Shown: piece after piece, positions 8,505 through 17,007 of the stretch | Position numbering within the stretch: the first letter of the stretch is position 1 | Layout: each line of letters opens with the position of its first letter | Assembly: GCA_947624125.1 (NCBI GenBank) | Contig: CANQIY010000001.1 | Coordinates: 1-33,466 of the forward strand | Direction of reading: 5' to 3' | From: an uncultured Bacilli bacterium | GTDB taxonomy: Bacteria; Bacillota_I; Bacilli_A; RF39; UBA660 | DNA: 33,466 nucleotides | Program-made: the position numbers and the translations under genes | Notes under the pieces: model-generated | Databases searched by the model: none | What the model saw: the letters and a program-made list of their open reading frames with translations, nothing else | What the model was told of the DNA's origin: nothing

Positions 8505-10187
8505 ATGAAAAGAAAAAAATTAAGAGTAATATTAATTGGGTTAATTTCTTTTTTGTTTTTAAGTAAAAGTGTTTTAGCTAATGACATTAAAGCTATTAAT
8601 ATGGATATTTTTATTGATAAAGAAGGAAATGCGAAAATTAAAGAAGTTTGGCAAGCTAAGTTAAATGAAGGAACAGAAGGGTATAAACCATATTATAATT
8701 TAAATAATTCAAAAATCGAGAATTTTCAAGTTACACTTAACAATAAAGTGTTTACAACTATTAATAATTGGGATGTTGATGCTTCTTTTAATGCTAAAAA
8801 GTATAAAGCAGGTCTTCATAAAATAGATGATGGTTATGAATTATGTTTTGGTATTTCTGAATATGGTAATAATACTTATACTTTAGAGTATACCTTAACT
8901 AATTTTGTTACGAGACTTGATGATGCTGATATGGTTTATTGGCAATTAATTCCCTACGATTTATCAGATAAACCAGAAAGTGTTTACGTTAAAATATGGA
9001 GTGATTTTCGGTTTGCTGATGATTTAGATGTTTGGGGTTATGGTAATTATGGTGGTTATGCTTATGTTTCGGATGGTTATATTGAATTATCTAATGAAAA
9101 TGGGTTAGATAGTGATGAATATGTGACCGTTTTAGTTAAATTTCCCAAAAATACTTTTGCCACATCATCCGTTATCGATGAAGATTTTGCTTATTATTTA
9201 AATATGGCCGAAGAAGGAGCAGTTCATTATCAAGAAAAAATTAGTTTTGGAAAAATAATATTAAATATTTTATTATTTTTAGTTAATTTAACACCTTTTA
9301 TCATTGTGACAATAATTATTGCTATGAATGCTAATAAACCTCAATTTGGAACTAAAAATTTAAAATTTAGTAAAGATTATCGAAAATTTAAAGATGTTCC
9401 TTATTTTCGAGATATTCCCTGTGATAAAGATATTTTTAAAGCTTATTGGCTAGCATGCCAATATGGTTTAATAGCGAAAGAAACCGATTTTTTAGGAGCA
9501 GTTCTTCTAAAATGGTTACAAAATGATAATATTGAAAATACAAGTGTAACATCCAAGATTTTAAAAAAGGAAGAAAGAGCTATTAAATTAAAAAATAAAA
9601 ATCAAATGAGTGAATTAGAAATGAAACTATTTGATATGATGATGACTTCATCAAATGATGGTATTTTAGAGAGTAATGAATTTACTAAATGGTGTAAGAA
9701 TAATTATAATAAAATCTTAAAATGGTTTAATGAAGTAATTGATAATGTAACTATGGAATATGTGAGTAAAGGTTTAATTAGGACAGAAAAGAAAACATTT
9801 AGTACGAGTTATATTGTTAGTGACACTTTAAAGGAAGAAGCCAAAAAGATGTATGGCTTAAAACAATTTTTAAATGAATTTTCTGTAATTGCTGAAAGAG
9901 AATCTATTGAAGTTAAATTATGGAATGAATATTTAATATATGCGCAAATATTTGGTATTGCGGATAAAGTAGCGAAAGAATTTAAAAAATTATATCCCGA
10001 TATTTTAACAGATGATTACTATAATGATATTATTTTTATCAATATGATTTCTCATGATGGTATTAAAGCAGCGACAACTGCGCGAGATAAAGCTATAAGT
10101 TATTCCTCTGGTGGCGGTGGATTTTCTTCATCCGGTGGTGGTGGAGGTTCCTTCGGTGGCGGAGGAGGTGGCGGAGGTTTCCGCTAA
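8505..10187 (+). CDS. DUF2207-family membrane protein with C-terminal poly-glycine tail
   Basis: It has a signal peptide (…LSKSVLA/ND), an extracytoplasmic N-domain, a TM block (IILNILLFLVNLTPFIIVTIIIAM) and a C-domain with WNEYLIYAQIFGIADKV. The tail is SSGGGGFSSSGGGGGSFGGGGGGGGFR (10104-10184). Pairing with lemA is a recurrent gene neighbourhood. Confidence 0.8.
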   Translation: MKRKKLRVILIGLISFLFLSKSVLANDIKAINMDIFIDKEGNAKIKEVWQAKLNEGTEGYKPYYNLNNSKIENFQVTLNNKVFTTINNWDVDASFNAKKYKAGLHKIDDGYELCFGISEYGNNTYTLEYTLTNFVTRLDDADMVYWQLIPYDLSDKPESVYVKIWSDFRFADDLDVWGYGNYGGYAYVSDGYIELSNENGLDSDEYVTVLVKFPKNTFATSSVIDEDFAYYLNMAEEGAVHYQEKISFGKIILNILLFLVNLTPFIIVTIIIAMNANKPQFGTKNLKFSKDYRKFKDVPYFRDIPCDKDIFKAYWLACQYGLIAKETDFLGAVLLKWLQNDNIENTSVTSKILKKEERAIKLKNKNQMSELEMKLFDMMMTSSNDGILESNEFTKWCKNNYNKILKWFNEVIDNVTMEYVSKGLIRTEKKTFSTSYIVSDTLKEEAKKMYGLKQFLNEFSVIAERESIEVKLWNEYLIYAQIFGIADKVAKEFKKLYPDILTDDYYNDIIFINMISHDGIKAATTARDKAISYSSGGGGFSSSGGGGGSFGGGGGGGGFR

Positions 10188-10215
10188 GAAAAGTCTTCAT
10201 AAAAAGACTTTTTTC
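10188..10215 (+). terminator. Intrinsic terminator after the DUF2207 gene
   Basis: AAAAGTCTT (10189-10197) / AAGACTTTT (10204-10212) with loop CATAAA and a T-run to 10214. Confidence 0.75.
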
Positions 10216-10234
10216 TATATAAAAGGAAATGATA

Positions 10235-10263
10235 TTGAAAAAGGCTTAATAATTTGATAGAAT
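10235..10263 (+). promoter_or_regulatory. Promoter of the yrzL-ruvX-…-greA block
   Basis: TTGAAA (10235-10240), 17-nt spacer, TGaTAGAAT (extended -10; hexamer 10258-10263). Confidence 0.55.
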
Positions 10264-10288
10264 ATTAAAAGTAAAAGGAGTATTAATT

Positions 10289-10531
10289 ATGGACAGAACA
10301 AGTATTTTTAATGTAGCGGCGTTAAGACAAGAACTCATTTTACTAACTTTAAATGAAGTTATTGCTTCATTAGAAAAAAAAGGATATAAAGCCGAAAATC
10401 AATTAGTTGGTTATCTTCTTACTGGTGATGAAGCTTACATATCTAATTATGAAGGAGCACGAAGTAAAATTAAAAAATTAAAAAGAGAAGAAATATTACT
10501 TGCCTTAATTAATGCGTATGAGGGTAAATAA
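10289..10531 (+). CDS. yrzL: IreB/UPF0297-family protein (YrzL)
   Basis: 80 aa with LEKKGYKAENQLVGYLLTGDEAYISNYEGARSKIKKLKREEIL, matching the YrzL/IreB core. It sits upstream of ruvX, as in B. subtilis. Confidence 0.85.
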   Translation: MDRTSIFNVAALRQELILLTLNEVIASLEKKGYKAENQLVGYLLTGDEAYISNYEGARSKIKKLKREEILLALINAYEGK

Positions 10532-10533
10532 TT

Positions 10534-10962
10534 ATGCGTCTTCTTGGTCTTGATTTAGGAACAAAAACTTTAGGTATTAGTATGAGTGATAAAACAAAGA
10601 CAATTGTTAATCCCTATAAAGTTTTAAGATTTAAAAGTGAAGATTATGACACAGCCTTAAATGAAGTATTAAAAATAGTTAAAGAATTGGAAGTTGATAC
10701 TGTTATTTTAGGTTTACCCAAAAATATGGATGGCAGTATTGGTTTTGCGGGAAAAAGGAGTTTAAATTTTGCTGAAATGCTACGTCAAAAAAATATTCAA
10801 GTTATTTTAGAAGATGAAAGACTTACAACGGTTAATGCTGAAGGTATCGTTCATCAAAATAATGATAATATTAAAAGAGCTAAGAAAAAAATCGATAGTA
10901 TCGCGGCATCTTTGATTTTAGAAAGTTACATAAGGAAGTGTCAAAATGATTTTACAAAATAA
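10534..10962 (+). CDS. ruvX: Putative pre-16S rRNA nuclease / Holliday-junction-resolvase-like protein YqgF (RuvX)
   Basis: N-terminal motif MRLLGLDLGTKTLGIS. The size of 142 aa and the synteny both fit. Confidence 0.9.
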   Translation: MRLLGLDLGTKTLGISMSDKTKTIVNPYKVLRFKSEDYDTALNEVLKIVKELEVDTVILGLPKNMDGSIGFAGKRSLNFAEMLRQKNIQVILEDERLTTVNAEGIVHQNNDNIKRAKKKIDSIAASLILESYIRKCQNDFTK

Positions 10963-11152
10963 AAAAGGTAATGAAAGAAATTTTAAAATTATATGTAAAC
11001 TTATTAAAAATAAAAAAGAATATATTATATATAAAGATATTATAACTAGTAAAGTTTATGCTGGTTTAAAAGAAAATGATACTTTAAAAAGAATAACTAA
11101 AGAAGAAAGAATGTTTTTAGAAAATTTAATGGAAAGAATAAGTGGTAGTTAA
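10946..11152 (+). CDS. yrzB: Small DUF1292-like protein (YrzB position)
   Basis: 68 aa, overlapping the ruvX end by 17 nt, with AAGGAAGTG SD. Short form with …KKEYIIYKD…VYAG…ITKEE…LE… Its position between ruvX and mltG matches yrzB. Confidence 0.5.
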   Translation: MILQNKKGNERNFKIICKLIKNKKEYIIYKDIITSKVYAGLKENDTLKRITKEERMFLENLMERISGS

Positions 11153-11154
11153 AA

Positions 11155-12186
11155 ATGAAAAAAAAAATAATAATTATAAGTTGTATTAGCATTTTAGTAG
11201 TCATATTACTTGCTGTAAGCTTATATTTTTATGGTCTTACAAGTCGAAGCCAAAATAATGATAATGTAGCATTTGTTGTTAATAAAGGCGAAAGTACCAA
11301 ACAAATAATCAATAATTTATATGAGGCTAAATTAATAAGAAGTAAATTATCTGCTTTAATTTATGTTAAATTACATAAGATTTCAGTTCAAGCGGGTAAT
11401 TATGAATTAAAAGAGTCTTTAAATGTGCAAGATATATTTGATATTTTAACAAATGGTAAAGTTAAGAAAGAAACAGTTAAAATTACGTTTATTGAAGGGA
11501 AAAGATTAGTTGATTTTGAAGAACAATTAGAAGAAAAACTAGGTATTACTGAAAGTGCTTTTTTAGATACTATAAATGATAAAGAATATTTACAAGAATT
11601 AATTAATAAATATTCATTCTTAGATGATAGTATTTTAAATGACCAAATATATTATTCTCTAGAGGGTTATTTATTCCCAGCAACTTATGAGTTTTATAAA
11701 AAGGCAAGTGTCAAAGACGTTATTGAAAGAATGCTTAAAAAAACAGGAGATGTTTTAGCAGAATATGAAACATTAATTAAAGAATCGAAGTATAATGTTC
11801 ATGAAATATTAACTATGGCTAGTATTATTGAAAATGAAACAAAATATCAAAGTGATAGACCATTGGTAAGTCAAGTTATTTATAAAAGATTAGATACTAA
11901 TATGAGTTTAGGTATGGATGTGACAGCGTATTATGGGGCTCGGAAAAAATTAACCGACCCAATTACAAGTGTTGACTTAAATGCCGAAAATGCATATAAT
12001 ACTAGGAATACTGCTTTTAAAGGCCTTCCTGTTGGACCAATTTGTAATCCATCAGAAGATTCAATAAAGGCGGCATTAGAACCAAGTGATAGTAATTATG
12101 TTTATTTTTACGCTGATAAAGGCGGAAAATTACATTTTGCTACCACATATAGTGAGTTCCAAGAACTTAAGAAAACGTATAGTTAG
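11155..12186 (+). CDS. mltG: Endolytic murein transglycosylase MltG (YceG family)
   Basis: It has an N-terminal TM, a YceG-like domain with LTMASIIENETK, and …YNTR…GLPVGPICNP. Confidence 0.9.
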   Translation: MKKKIIIISCISILVVILLAVSLYFYGLTSRSQNNDNVAFVVNKGESTKQIINNLYEAKLIRSKLSALIYVKLHKISVQAGNYELKESLNVQDIFDILTNGKVKKETVKITFIEGKRLVDFEEQLEEKLGITESAFLDTINDKEYLQELINKYSFLDDSILNDQIYYSLEGYLFPATYEFYKKASVKDVIERMLKKTGDVLAEYETLIKESKYNVHEILTMASIIENETKYQSDRPLVSQVIYKRLDTNMSLGMDVTAYYGARKKLTDPITSVDLNAENAYNTRNTAFKGLPVGPICNPSEDSIKAALEPSDSNYVYFYADKGGKLHFATTYSEFQELKKTYS

Positions 12187-12195
12187 GTGGTTAGG

Positions 12196-12792
12196 ATGAA
12201 AGAACTAATTTTAGAAATGGAAGATTATGCACAGGAAAAGAATGTGCCTATAATTGAAAAAAAATCAATTGCTTTTATTATGAAATATATTAAAGATAAC
12301 AATGTGAAAAATATCTTAGAAATCGGTTCAGCCATTGGTTATTCAGCTATTTTAATGGCAAGTAGTACTCCGGATGTTTTTGTAACAACAATTGAAAGAG
12401 ACGAAGAAAGATATATGGAATGTCTTAAAAATGTCAAAAAATGTGGCTTAGATAAAAAAATTAATGTTGTTTTTCAAGATGCTTTAGATGTTTTTTTATC
12501 AGAAGATTTAAAATATGATTTAATTTTTATTGATGCAGCGAAGGGTCAATATATGAAATATTTTGAAAAGTATAAATATTTCTTAAAAGATAATGGAGCC
12601 ATTATTACTGATAATTTAAAATTTCATGGTTATGTTGGTAAAAAAGATAAAATTGAAAGTAAAAACTTGCGTGGTTTAGTAGAAAAAATTGAAAATTATA
12701 TTGAATTTTTGAAAGATAATAAAGAATTTGATACCAGTTTTTATGACATTGGTGATGGTCTTTCAGTAAGTAAATGGAAAAATGAAAAATAA
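12196..12792 (+). CDS. trmR: SAM-dependent O-methyltransferase family 3 (YrrM/TrmR-like tRNA methyltransferase)
   Basis: ATG 12196 lies 6 nt after AGGTGG (the track starts at GTG 12187). It has SAM motif I (ILEIGSAIGYSAILMA) and FIDAAK. It is syntenic with yrrM, upstream of two U32 genes. Confidence 0.75.
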   Translation: MKELILEMEDYAQEKNVPIIEKKSIAFIMKYIKDNNVKNILEIGSAIGYSAILMASSTPDVFVTTIERDEERYMECLKNVKKCGLDKKINVVFQDALDVFLSEDLKYDLIFIDAAKGQYMKYFEKYKYFLKDNGAIITDNLKFHGYVGKKDKIESKNLRGLVEKIENYIEFLKDNKEFDTSFYDIGDGLSVSKWKNEK

Positions 12793-13546
12793 GATTTTAA
12801 TTACCATAAATAATTTAGATGATATAGAATATTATCAAAAATTGGGTTTAAAACATTTTGTTTATCCTCTAAAGGATTTTTGTGTTGGGATGCCCAATGT
12901 TTTTTCTGTGGCTGAAATAAAAGAAGAAGGGTATCTTTTCTTAAATCGGATATGTGATAATGAAGCAATTGATGATTTAAAAAAGATAATTAAGAAATTA
13001 CCTAATAATATCAAAGGAATTATATTTGATGATTTAGGAGTTTTAGAAATTGTTAAAGATTTAAAAATCGAAAAAATTCTTTTTTTAAATCATTTTAATA
13101 CGAATACGTTGTCAATTAAAATTTATTTAGCTCATGTTGATAGTGTTGTTATATCTAGTGATATTACCAAAGAAGAGATGCAAGTTATAGTAGATAATAT
13201 TCCTAATAAATTAACGATTTTTGTTTTAGGTTATGTAAATGCGATGTATTCAAGACGTTTATTAATTGATAATTATTGTAAGTTTCATAATATAGAGAGG
13301 AAAAATCCTCTTCGTATTCAAAAAGAAGATAATCATTTTTTTCTTTATGAAAATGAATATGGAACAGTCTTTTATCATGAACCTTTATTTAATGGATTAG
13401 AATTATTATCATTTAAAGCTAAATATTTTTTCATTAATACAGCTTTTTTAACGAAAGAAAATATAAAAGATGCTTTAGAAGGAAATTTAAAAGTAACAAA
13501 TGACCAAGGCTTTTTATATCAAGAAACGATATATAAATTAAAGTAA
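12782..13546 (+). CDS. yrrN: Peptidase-U32-family protein, short paralogue (YrrN/TrhP1-like)
   Basis: Overlaps the trmR end by 11 nt. It is 254 aa with a U32-like TIM-barrel pattern but a degenerate Cys motif. Its position matches yrrN. Confidence 0.65.
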   Translation: MKNKILITINNLDDIEYYQKLGLKHFVYPLKDFCVGMPNVFSVAEIKEEGYLFLNRICDNEAIDDLKKIIKKLPNNIKGIIFDDLGVLEIVKDLKIEKILFLNHFNTNTLSIKIYLAHVDSVVISSDITKEEMQVIVDNIPNKLTIFVLGYVNAMYSRRLLIDNYCKFHNIERKNPLRIQKEDNHFFLYENEYGTVFYHEPLFNGLELLSFKAKYFFINTAFLTKENIKDALEGNLKVTNDQGFLYQETIYKLK

Positions 13547-13561
13547 AGGAGGTTAGAAGTG

Positions 13562-14752
13562 ATGATGAGTGAATTATTAGCTCCAGCAGGGGATTTAGAA
13601 AGATTAAAAATAGCTTATCTTTATGGGGCTGATGCTGTTTATGTTGGAACAACCGATTATAGTTTACGAGCTAATGCTAAAAATTTTACTTTAGATGAAT
13701 TACAAGAAGCTTGTGATTTTGCCCATTCGTTAAAGAAAAAATTATATGTAACGGTTAATATTGTTTTTCATGATAAAAATTTAGTTAATTTAGAAGAATA
13801 TTTACAAAAATTAAAAGATATGCAAATTGATGCCATTATTGCCAGTGATATCATTGTTGTAAAATTAGCATCATCTCTTTCTTTGCCCGTTATATTATCA
13901 ACCCAAGCTAGTACCCTTAATTATGAAGCAGTTAAATTTTGGCAACAATTTAATGTAGAAAGATTTGTCTTAGCAAGAGAAGCTACAAGAGAAGATATTA
14001 TAAGAATTAAAAAGGAAACAAATGCTTCTTTAGAGTGTTTTATCCATGGAGCAATGTGTACCTCAATAAGTGGGAAATGTATTTTATCTAATTATTGTAC
14101 TAATAGAGACTCTAACCGCGGTGGTTGTGCGCAAATATGTAGATGGGTTTTTGACTGTGAAGATAGTCATCCAGATTTTACTTTTATGAGTAAAGATTTA
14201 AATATGGTTGACTACATTGAAGATATGTTAAAAATTGGTGTCGATTCATTTAAAGTCGAAGGAAGAATGCGTTCATTATATTACATTGCAACCGTTATTA
14301 TGTGTTATCGGAAAATAATTGATGGTATAGGCAATAAAACTTTAACTACTAAAGAAAAGAATTATTATGCCCATATCTTAGATAGGGTAGCAAATAGAGA
14401 TACTACGCCACAATTTTATCATAAATTCCCGGGTGTTAACGAAAGTTACTTTCAAGACCGCTTAGAAGTAAGTAATCAAGATTTCTTAGGTCTTGTTATA
14501 GACTATGATGAAAAAAATAAAATGGTTATTTTAGAACAAAGAAATTACTTTAAAAAAGGAGATATTGTAGAATTTATTGGTCCTTTTATGGAAGAATTAA
14601 CATATACTATTACTAGCATCTTTGATGAAGATGGAAATAGTATTGATATTGCTAGACATCCGCAAATGATAGTAAAATTACCCATAAATGAAAAATTGGT
14701 GAAATATAGTATGATGCGGATGAAAATATTTGACAAAAATAATGAATTATAG
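13562..14752 (+). CDS. yrrO: Peptidase-U32-family protein (YrrO/TrhP2-like)
   Basis: AAGGAGG at 13546-13552; GTG 13559 or ATG 13562/13565 could be the start. It has ELLAPAGDLERLKIAYLYGADAVYVG and the U32 signature ECFIHGAMCTSISGKCILS. Confidence 0.9.
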   Translation: MMSELLAPAGDLERLKIAYLYGADAVYVGTTDYSLRANAKNFTLDELQEACDFAHSLKKKLYVTVNIVFHDKNLVNLEEYLQKLKDMQIDAIIASDIIVVKLASSLSLPVILSTQASTLNYEAVKFWQQFNVERFVLAREATREDIIRIKKETNASLECFIHGAMCTSISGKCILSNYCTNRDSNRGGCAQICRWVFDCEDSHPDFTFMSKDLNMVDYIEDMLKIGVDSFKVEGRMRSLYYIATVIMCYRKIIDGIGNKTLTTKEKNYYAHILDRVANRDTTPQFYHKFPGVNESYFQDRLEVSNQDFLGLVIDYDEKNKMVILEQRNYFKKGDIVEFIGPFMEELTYTITSIFDEDGNSIDIARHPQMIVKLPINEKLVKYSMMRMKIFDKNNEL

Positions 14753-14794
14753 TAACATTTTGTATGTTGAATAAAAAAAGGAGAGATTTTTTTA

Positions 14795-15265
14795 ATGAAA
14801 AAAGAAGATTTTTTCGAACTAACTGCTGAGGGATACTTAGAGTTAGAAACAGAGTTAAATGAACTCAAAAATGTGAAAAGAAAAGAAGTAATTACGGCTT
14901 TAAAAGAAGCAAGAGCTATGGGTGATTTATCTGAAAATGCTGATTATGATGCAGCAAGAAATGACCAAGCTCAAATTGAAGCCCGAATTAAAGAATTAGA
15001 ATATAAATTAGAGCACAGTAAAATTGTTGACTCAAGAAAAAAAGGCAGTGGAGTTGGTATTGGCTCAGTAGTAACTGTTGAAGATGAAGATGGGGAACAA
15101 GAAGAATATAAAATAGTTTCATCAGTTGAAGCTGACCCATTTAATAATAAAATATCTGTTGAAAGTCCAATTGGTATTGCGATGAAAGGCCATAAAACGG
15201 GTGATACGGTCTTAGTTGAAAGCCCAAATGGTGGTTATAGCATTAAAATTTTAAAAATAGCCTAA
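14795..15265 (+). CDS. greA: Transcription elongation factor GreA
   Basis: AAAGGAGAG SD. It has GDLSENADYDAARNDQ and is 156 aa. Confidence 0.95.
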   Translation: MKKEDFFELTAEGYLELETELNELKNVKRKEVITALKEARAMGDLSENADYDAARNDQAQIEARIKELEYKLEHSKIVDSRKKGSGVGIGSVVTVEDEDGEQEEYKIVSSVEADPFNNKISVESPIGIAMKGHKTGDTVLVESPNGGYSIKILKIA

Positions 15266-15277
15266 GGGCTTTTTTTT
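15253..15277 (+). terminator. Probable intrinsic terminator after greA
   Basis: A5-TAGCC-TAAG-GGCT-T8. The GC stem is short (15259-15262 / 15267-15270) and extended by A/T pairs, with an 8-T run. Confidence 0.5.
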
Positions 15278-15313
15278 AATATGATAATTTTTGGGTACAC
15301 TTCACTATAAAGC

Positions 15314-15342
15314 TTGTCAAATATCCTTATTTATATTATAAT
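15314..15342 (+). promoter_or_regulatory. Promoter for tig
   Basis: TTGTCA (15314-15319), 17-nt spacer, TATAAT (15337-15342). Confidence 0.6.
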
Positions 15343-15366
15343 AACCTAGTGAAAGAAGGAAACTTA

Positions 15367-16614
15367 ATGAAAAATAAACATGAAATTGAAATTAAATTGG
15401 AAGGAGAAAAATGGACTAAATGCTTAGATAATGCCTTTAAAAAAGCTAATAAAGAAGTTAAAATTGATGGTTTTCGTAAAGGTTGTGCTCCTAAAGACAT
15501 TTATTTAAAACATTATGGTATTGAGTCATTATATAACGAAGCTATTAACGAAGCTTTAGGGGAAGCATATAAAGAAGTTTTAGAACAAAATAATTTAACA
15601 CCAGTTGTTGAACCAGCTGTTGATGTTACTGGTATTTCCGATGGTTCAGTTATTTTTAAATTTACAATTATTACCAAACCGGAGATAAAATTAGATAGTT
15701 ATACTAATTTAGGTGTTAAGAAGGAAAAAGCTAAAGTATCTAAAGAAGAATTAGCTAATGAAATTGAAAATTTAAGAACGCAACTTGCCGAAATTGTTGT
15801 TAAAGAAAATGGTGCTATAGCAGAAGGTGATACAGCCGTTATTGATTTTGATGGTTATGTTGATGGTAAACCATTAGAGGGAGGTAAAGGCGAAAATTAT
15901 CCTCTTGAAATTGGTTCTCATACATTTATTCCAGGCTTTGAAGAAGGTTTAATCGGTAAAAAAGTTAATGAGGAAGTTGAACTTAATTTAACTTTTCCTA
16001 AAAATTATGTTGAAAATTTAAAAGAAAAACCTGTTTTATTTAAAGTAAAAATTGAAGAAATTAAAACGAAAGTTTTACCTGAAATAAATGAAGATTTTTA
16101 TAAAGATTTAGGTTTAGAAGTAAAAACTAAAGAAGAATTTGAAAAAGAAGTTGAAAAAAATATTATTAAGAATAAAGAAGTTGAAATTGAAGATAGATTT
16201 ACAGAAGATTTATTAAGTAAAGCATCTTCTAAATTAGAAGTTGAAATTAACCCGGAAATTGTTAGTGACGAAGTTCATCATATGATAGAGGTTTATGAAA
16301 AACAATTACAAATGCAAGGCATGAGTATTGATGACTACTATAAAATGACCGGAACAACTCATGAAGACCTTCATAAACAAATGGAAAGTGAAGCTACTAA
16401 GAGAATTAAATATCGTTATATAATTGAATATATTGCAGATAGTGAAAAAATTGATTTCACAGAAGAAGAAGTGGAAGCTAAAGCGAAAGAAATGGCTGAT
16501 AATTATGGTATTTCCATTGAAGAATTAATTAAAGCCTATGGTTCTTTAGAAGTTGTTAAGTACGATATGAAAATGCATCGAGCTTTAGAAATCTTAAAAG
16601 AAAAAAATCAATAA
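15367..16614 (+). CDS. tig: Trigger factor
   Basis: ATG 15367 lies 6 nt after AAGGA. The track GTG 15349 would fall at the predicted transcription start. It has the ribosome-binding signature GFRKGCAP and an FKBP-type PPIase core (GDTAVIDFDGYVDGKPLEGG…FIPGFEEGLIG). Confidence 0.95.
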   Translation: MKNKHEIEIKLEGEKWTKCLDNAFKKANKEVKIDGFRKGCAPKDIYLKHYGIESLYNEAINEALGEAYKEVLEQNNLTPVVEPAVDVTGISDGSVIFKFTIITKPEIKLDSYTNLGVKKEKAKVSKEELANEIENLRTQLAEIVVKENGAIAEGDTAVIDFDGYVDGKPLEGGKGENYPLEIGSHTFIPGFEEGLIGKKVNEEVELNLTFPKNYVENLKEKPVLFKVKIEEIKTKVLPEINEDFYKDLGLEVKTKEEFEKEVEKNIIKNKEVEIEDRFTEDLLSKASSKLEVEINPEIVSDEVHHMIEVYEKQLQMQGMSIDDYYKMTGTTHEDLHKQMESEATKRIKYRYIIEYIADSEKIDFTEEEVEAKAKEMADNYGISIEELIKAYGSLEVVKYDMKMHRALEILKEKNQ

Positions 16615-16623
16615 GTTAGAAAG

Positions 16624-16649
16624 TGTTAACAATTACGTTAGCATTTTTT
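16624..16649 (+). terminator. Intrinsic terminator after tig
   Basis: TGTTAAC (16624-16630) / GTTAGCA (16637-16643) with one G.U pair and loop AATTAC, followed by T6. Confidence 0.65.
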
Positions 16650-16670
16650 CTTATTTAAGTGACTTTGCTC

Positions 16671-16699
16671 TTGTTTAATTACTTATTATATGGTAAAAT
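16671..16699 (+). promoter_or_regulatory. Extended -10 promoter of the rimP-nusA-infB operon
   Basis: TTGTTT (16671-16676), 17-nt spacer, TGgTAAAAT (16691-16699). Confidence 0.5.
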
Positions 16700-16712
16700 A
16701 AGGTTACTAATT

Positions 16713-16740
16713 AAGTGGGCAATAATCCCACTTTTATTTA
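16713..16740 (+). promoter_or_regulatory. Leader hairpin with U-tract between the promoter and rimP (candidate attenuator)
   Basis: AAGTGGG (16713-16719) / CCCACTT (16727-16733) with loop CAATAAT, followed by TTATTTAT. It lies about 7 nt after the predicted start site and 16 nt before the rimP ATG. Confidence 0.5.
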
Positions 16741-16756
16741 TAATTTGAGGTGAGGT

Positions 16757-17005
16757 ATGGAAAAAATTAAGGAATTAGAAAATAAATTACAAGAAGTACT
16801 CAAAGAAAAAGAAATAATCGTGGATGAAGTATACATTGAAAAGAAAAATAAATATACTTTTTTAACAGTTGTTCTTGATAAAATTGGGGGAATTGATTTA
16901 GATGGAATTGTGGAAGCAACGAAGATAATAAATCCTATTGTTGATGAATATGATGTAGTTGATAGTGAGTATATATTAGATGTTATTAGTAAGGAAAGAG
17001 GTTAA
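16757..17005 (+). CDS. rimP: Ribosome maturation factor RimP, N-terminal domain only (82 aa)
   Basis: GAGGTGAGG SD. It aligns with the RimP N-domain up to the conserved …YxLEVSSPG… position (here EYILDVISKERG-stop). nusA starts 2 nt after the stop, so no C-terminal Sm-like domain is encoded. Confidence 0.7.
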   Translation: MEKIKELENKLQEVLKEKEIIVDEVYIEKKNKYTFLTVVLDKIGGIDLDGIVEATKIINPIVDEYDVVDSEYILDVISKERG

Positions 17006-17007
17006 AA

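Noticed and set aside
10104-10184. GGT/GGC/GGA reiteration considered as a microsatellite or a CRISPR-like repeat.
   Set aside because: It is the in-frame poly-Gly tail typical of DUF2207/TPM-type proteins. It has no spacers and no direct-repeat architecture. It is kept only as a note under the LemA/DUF2207 finding.
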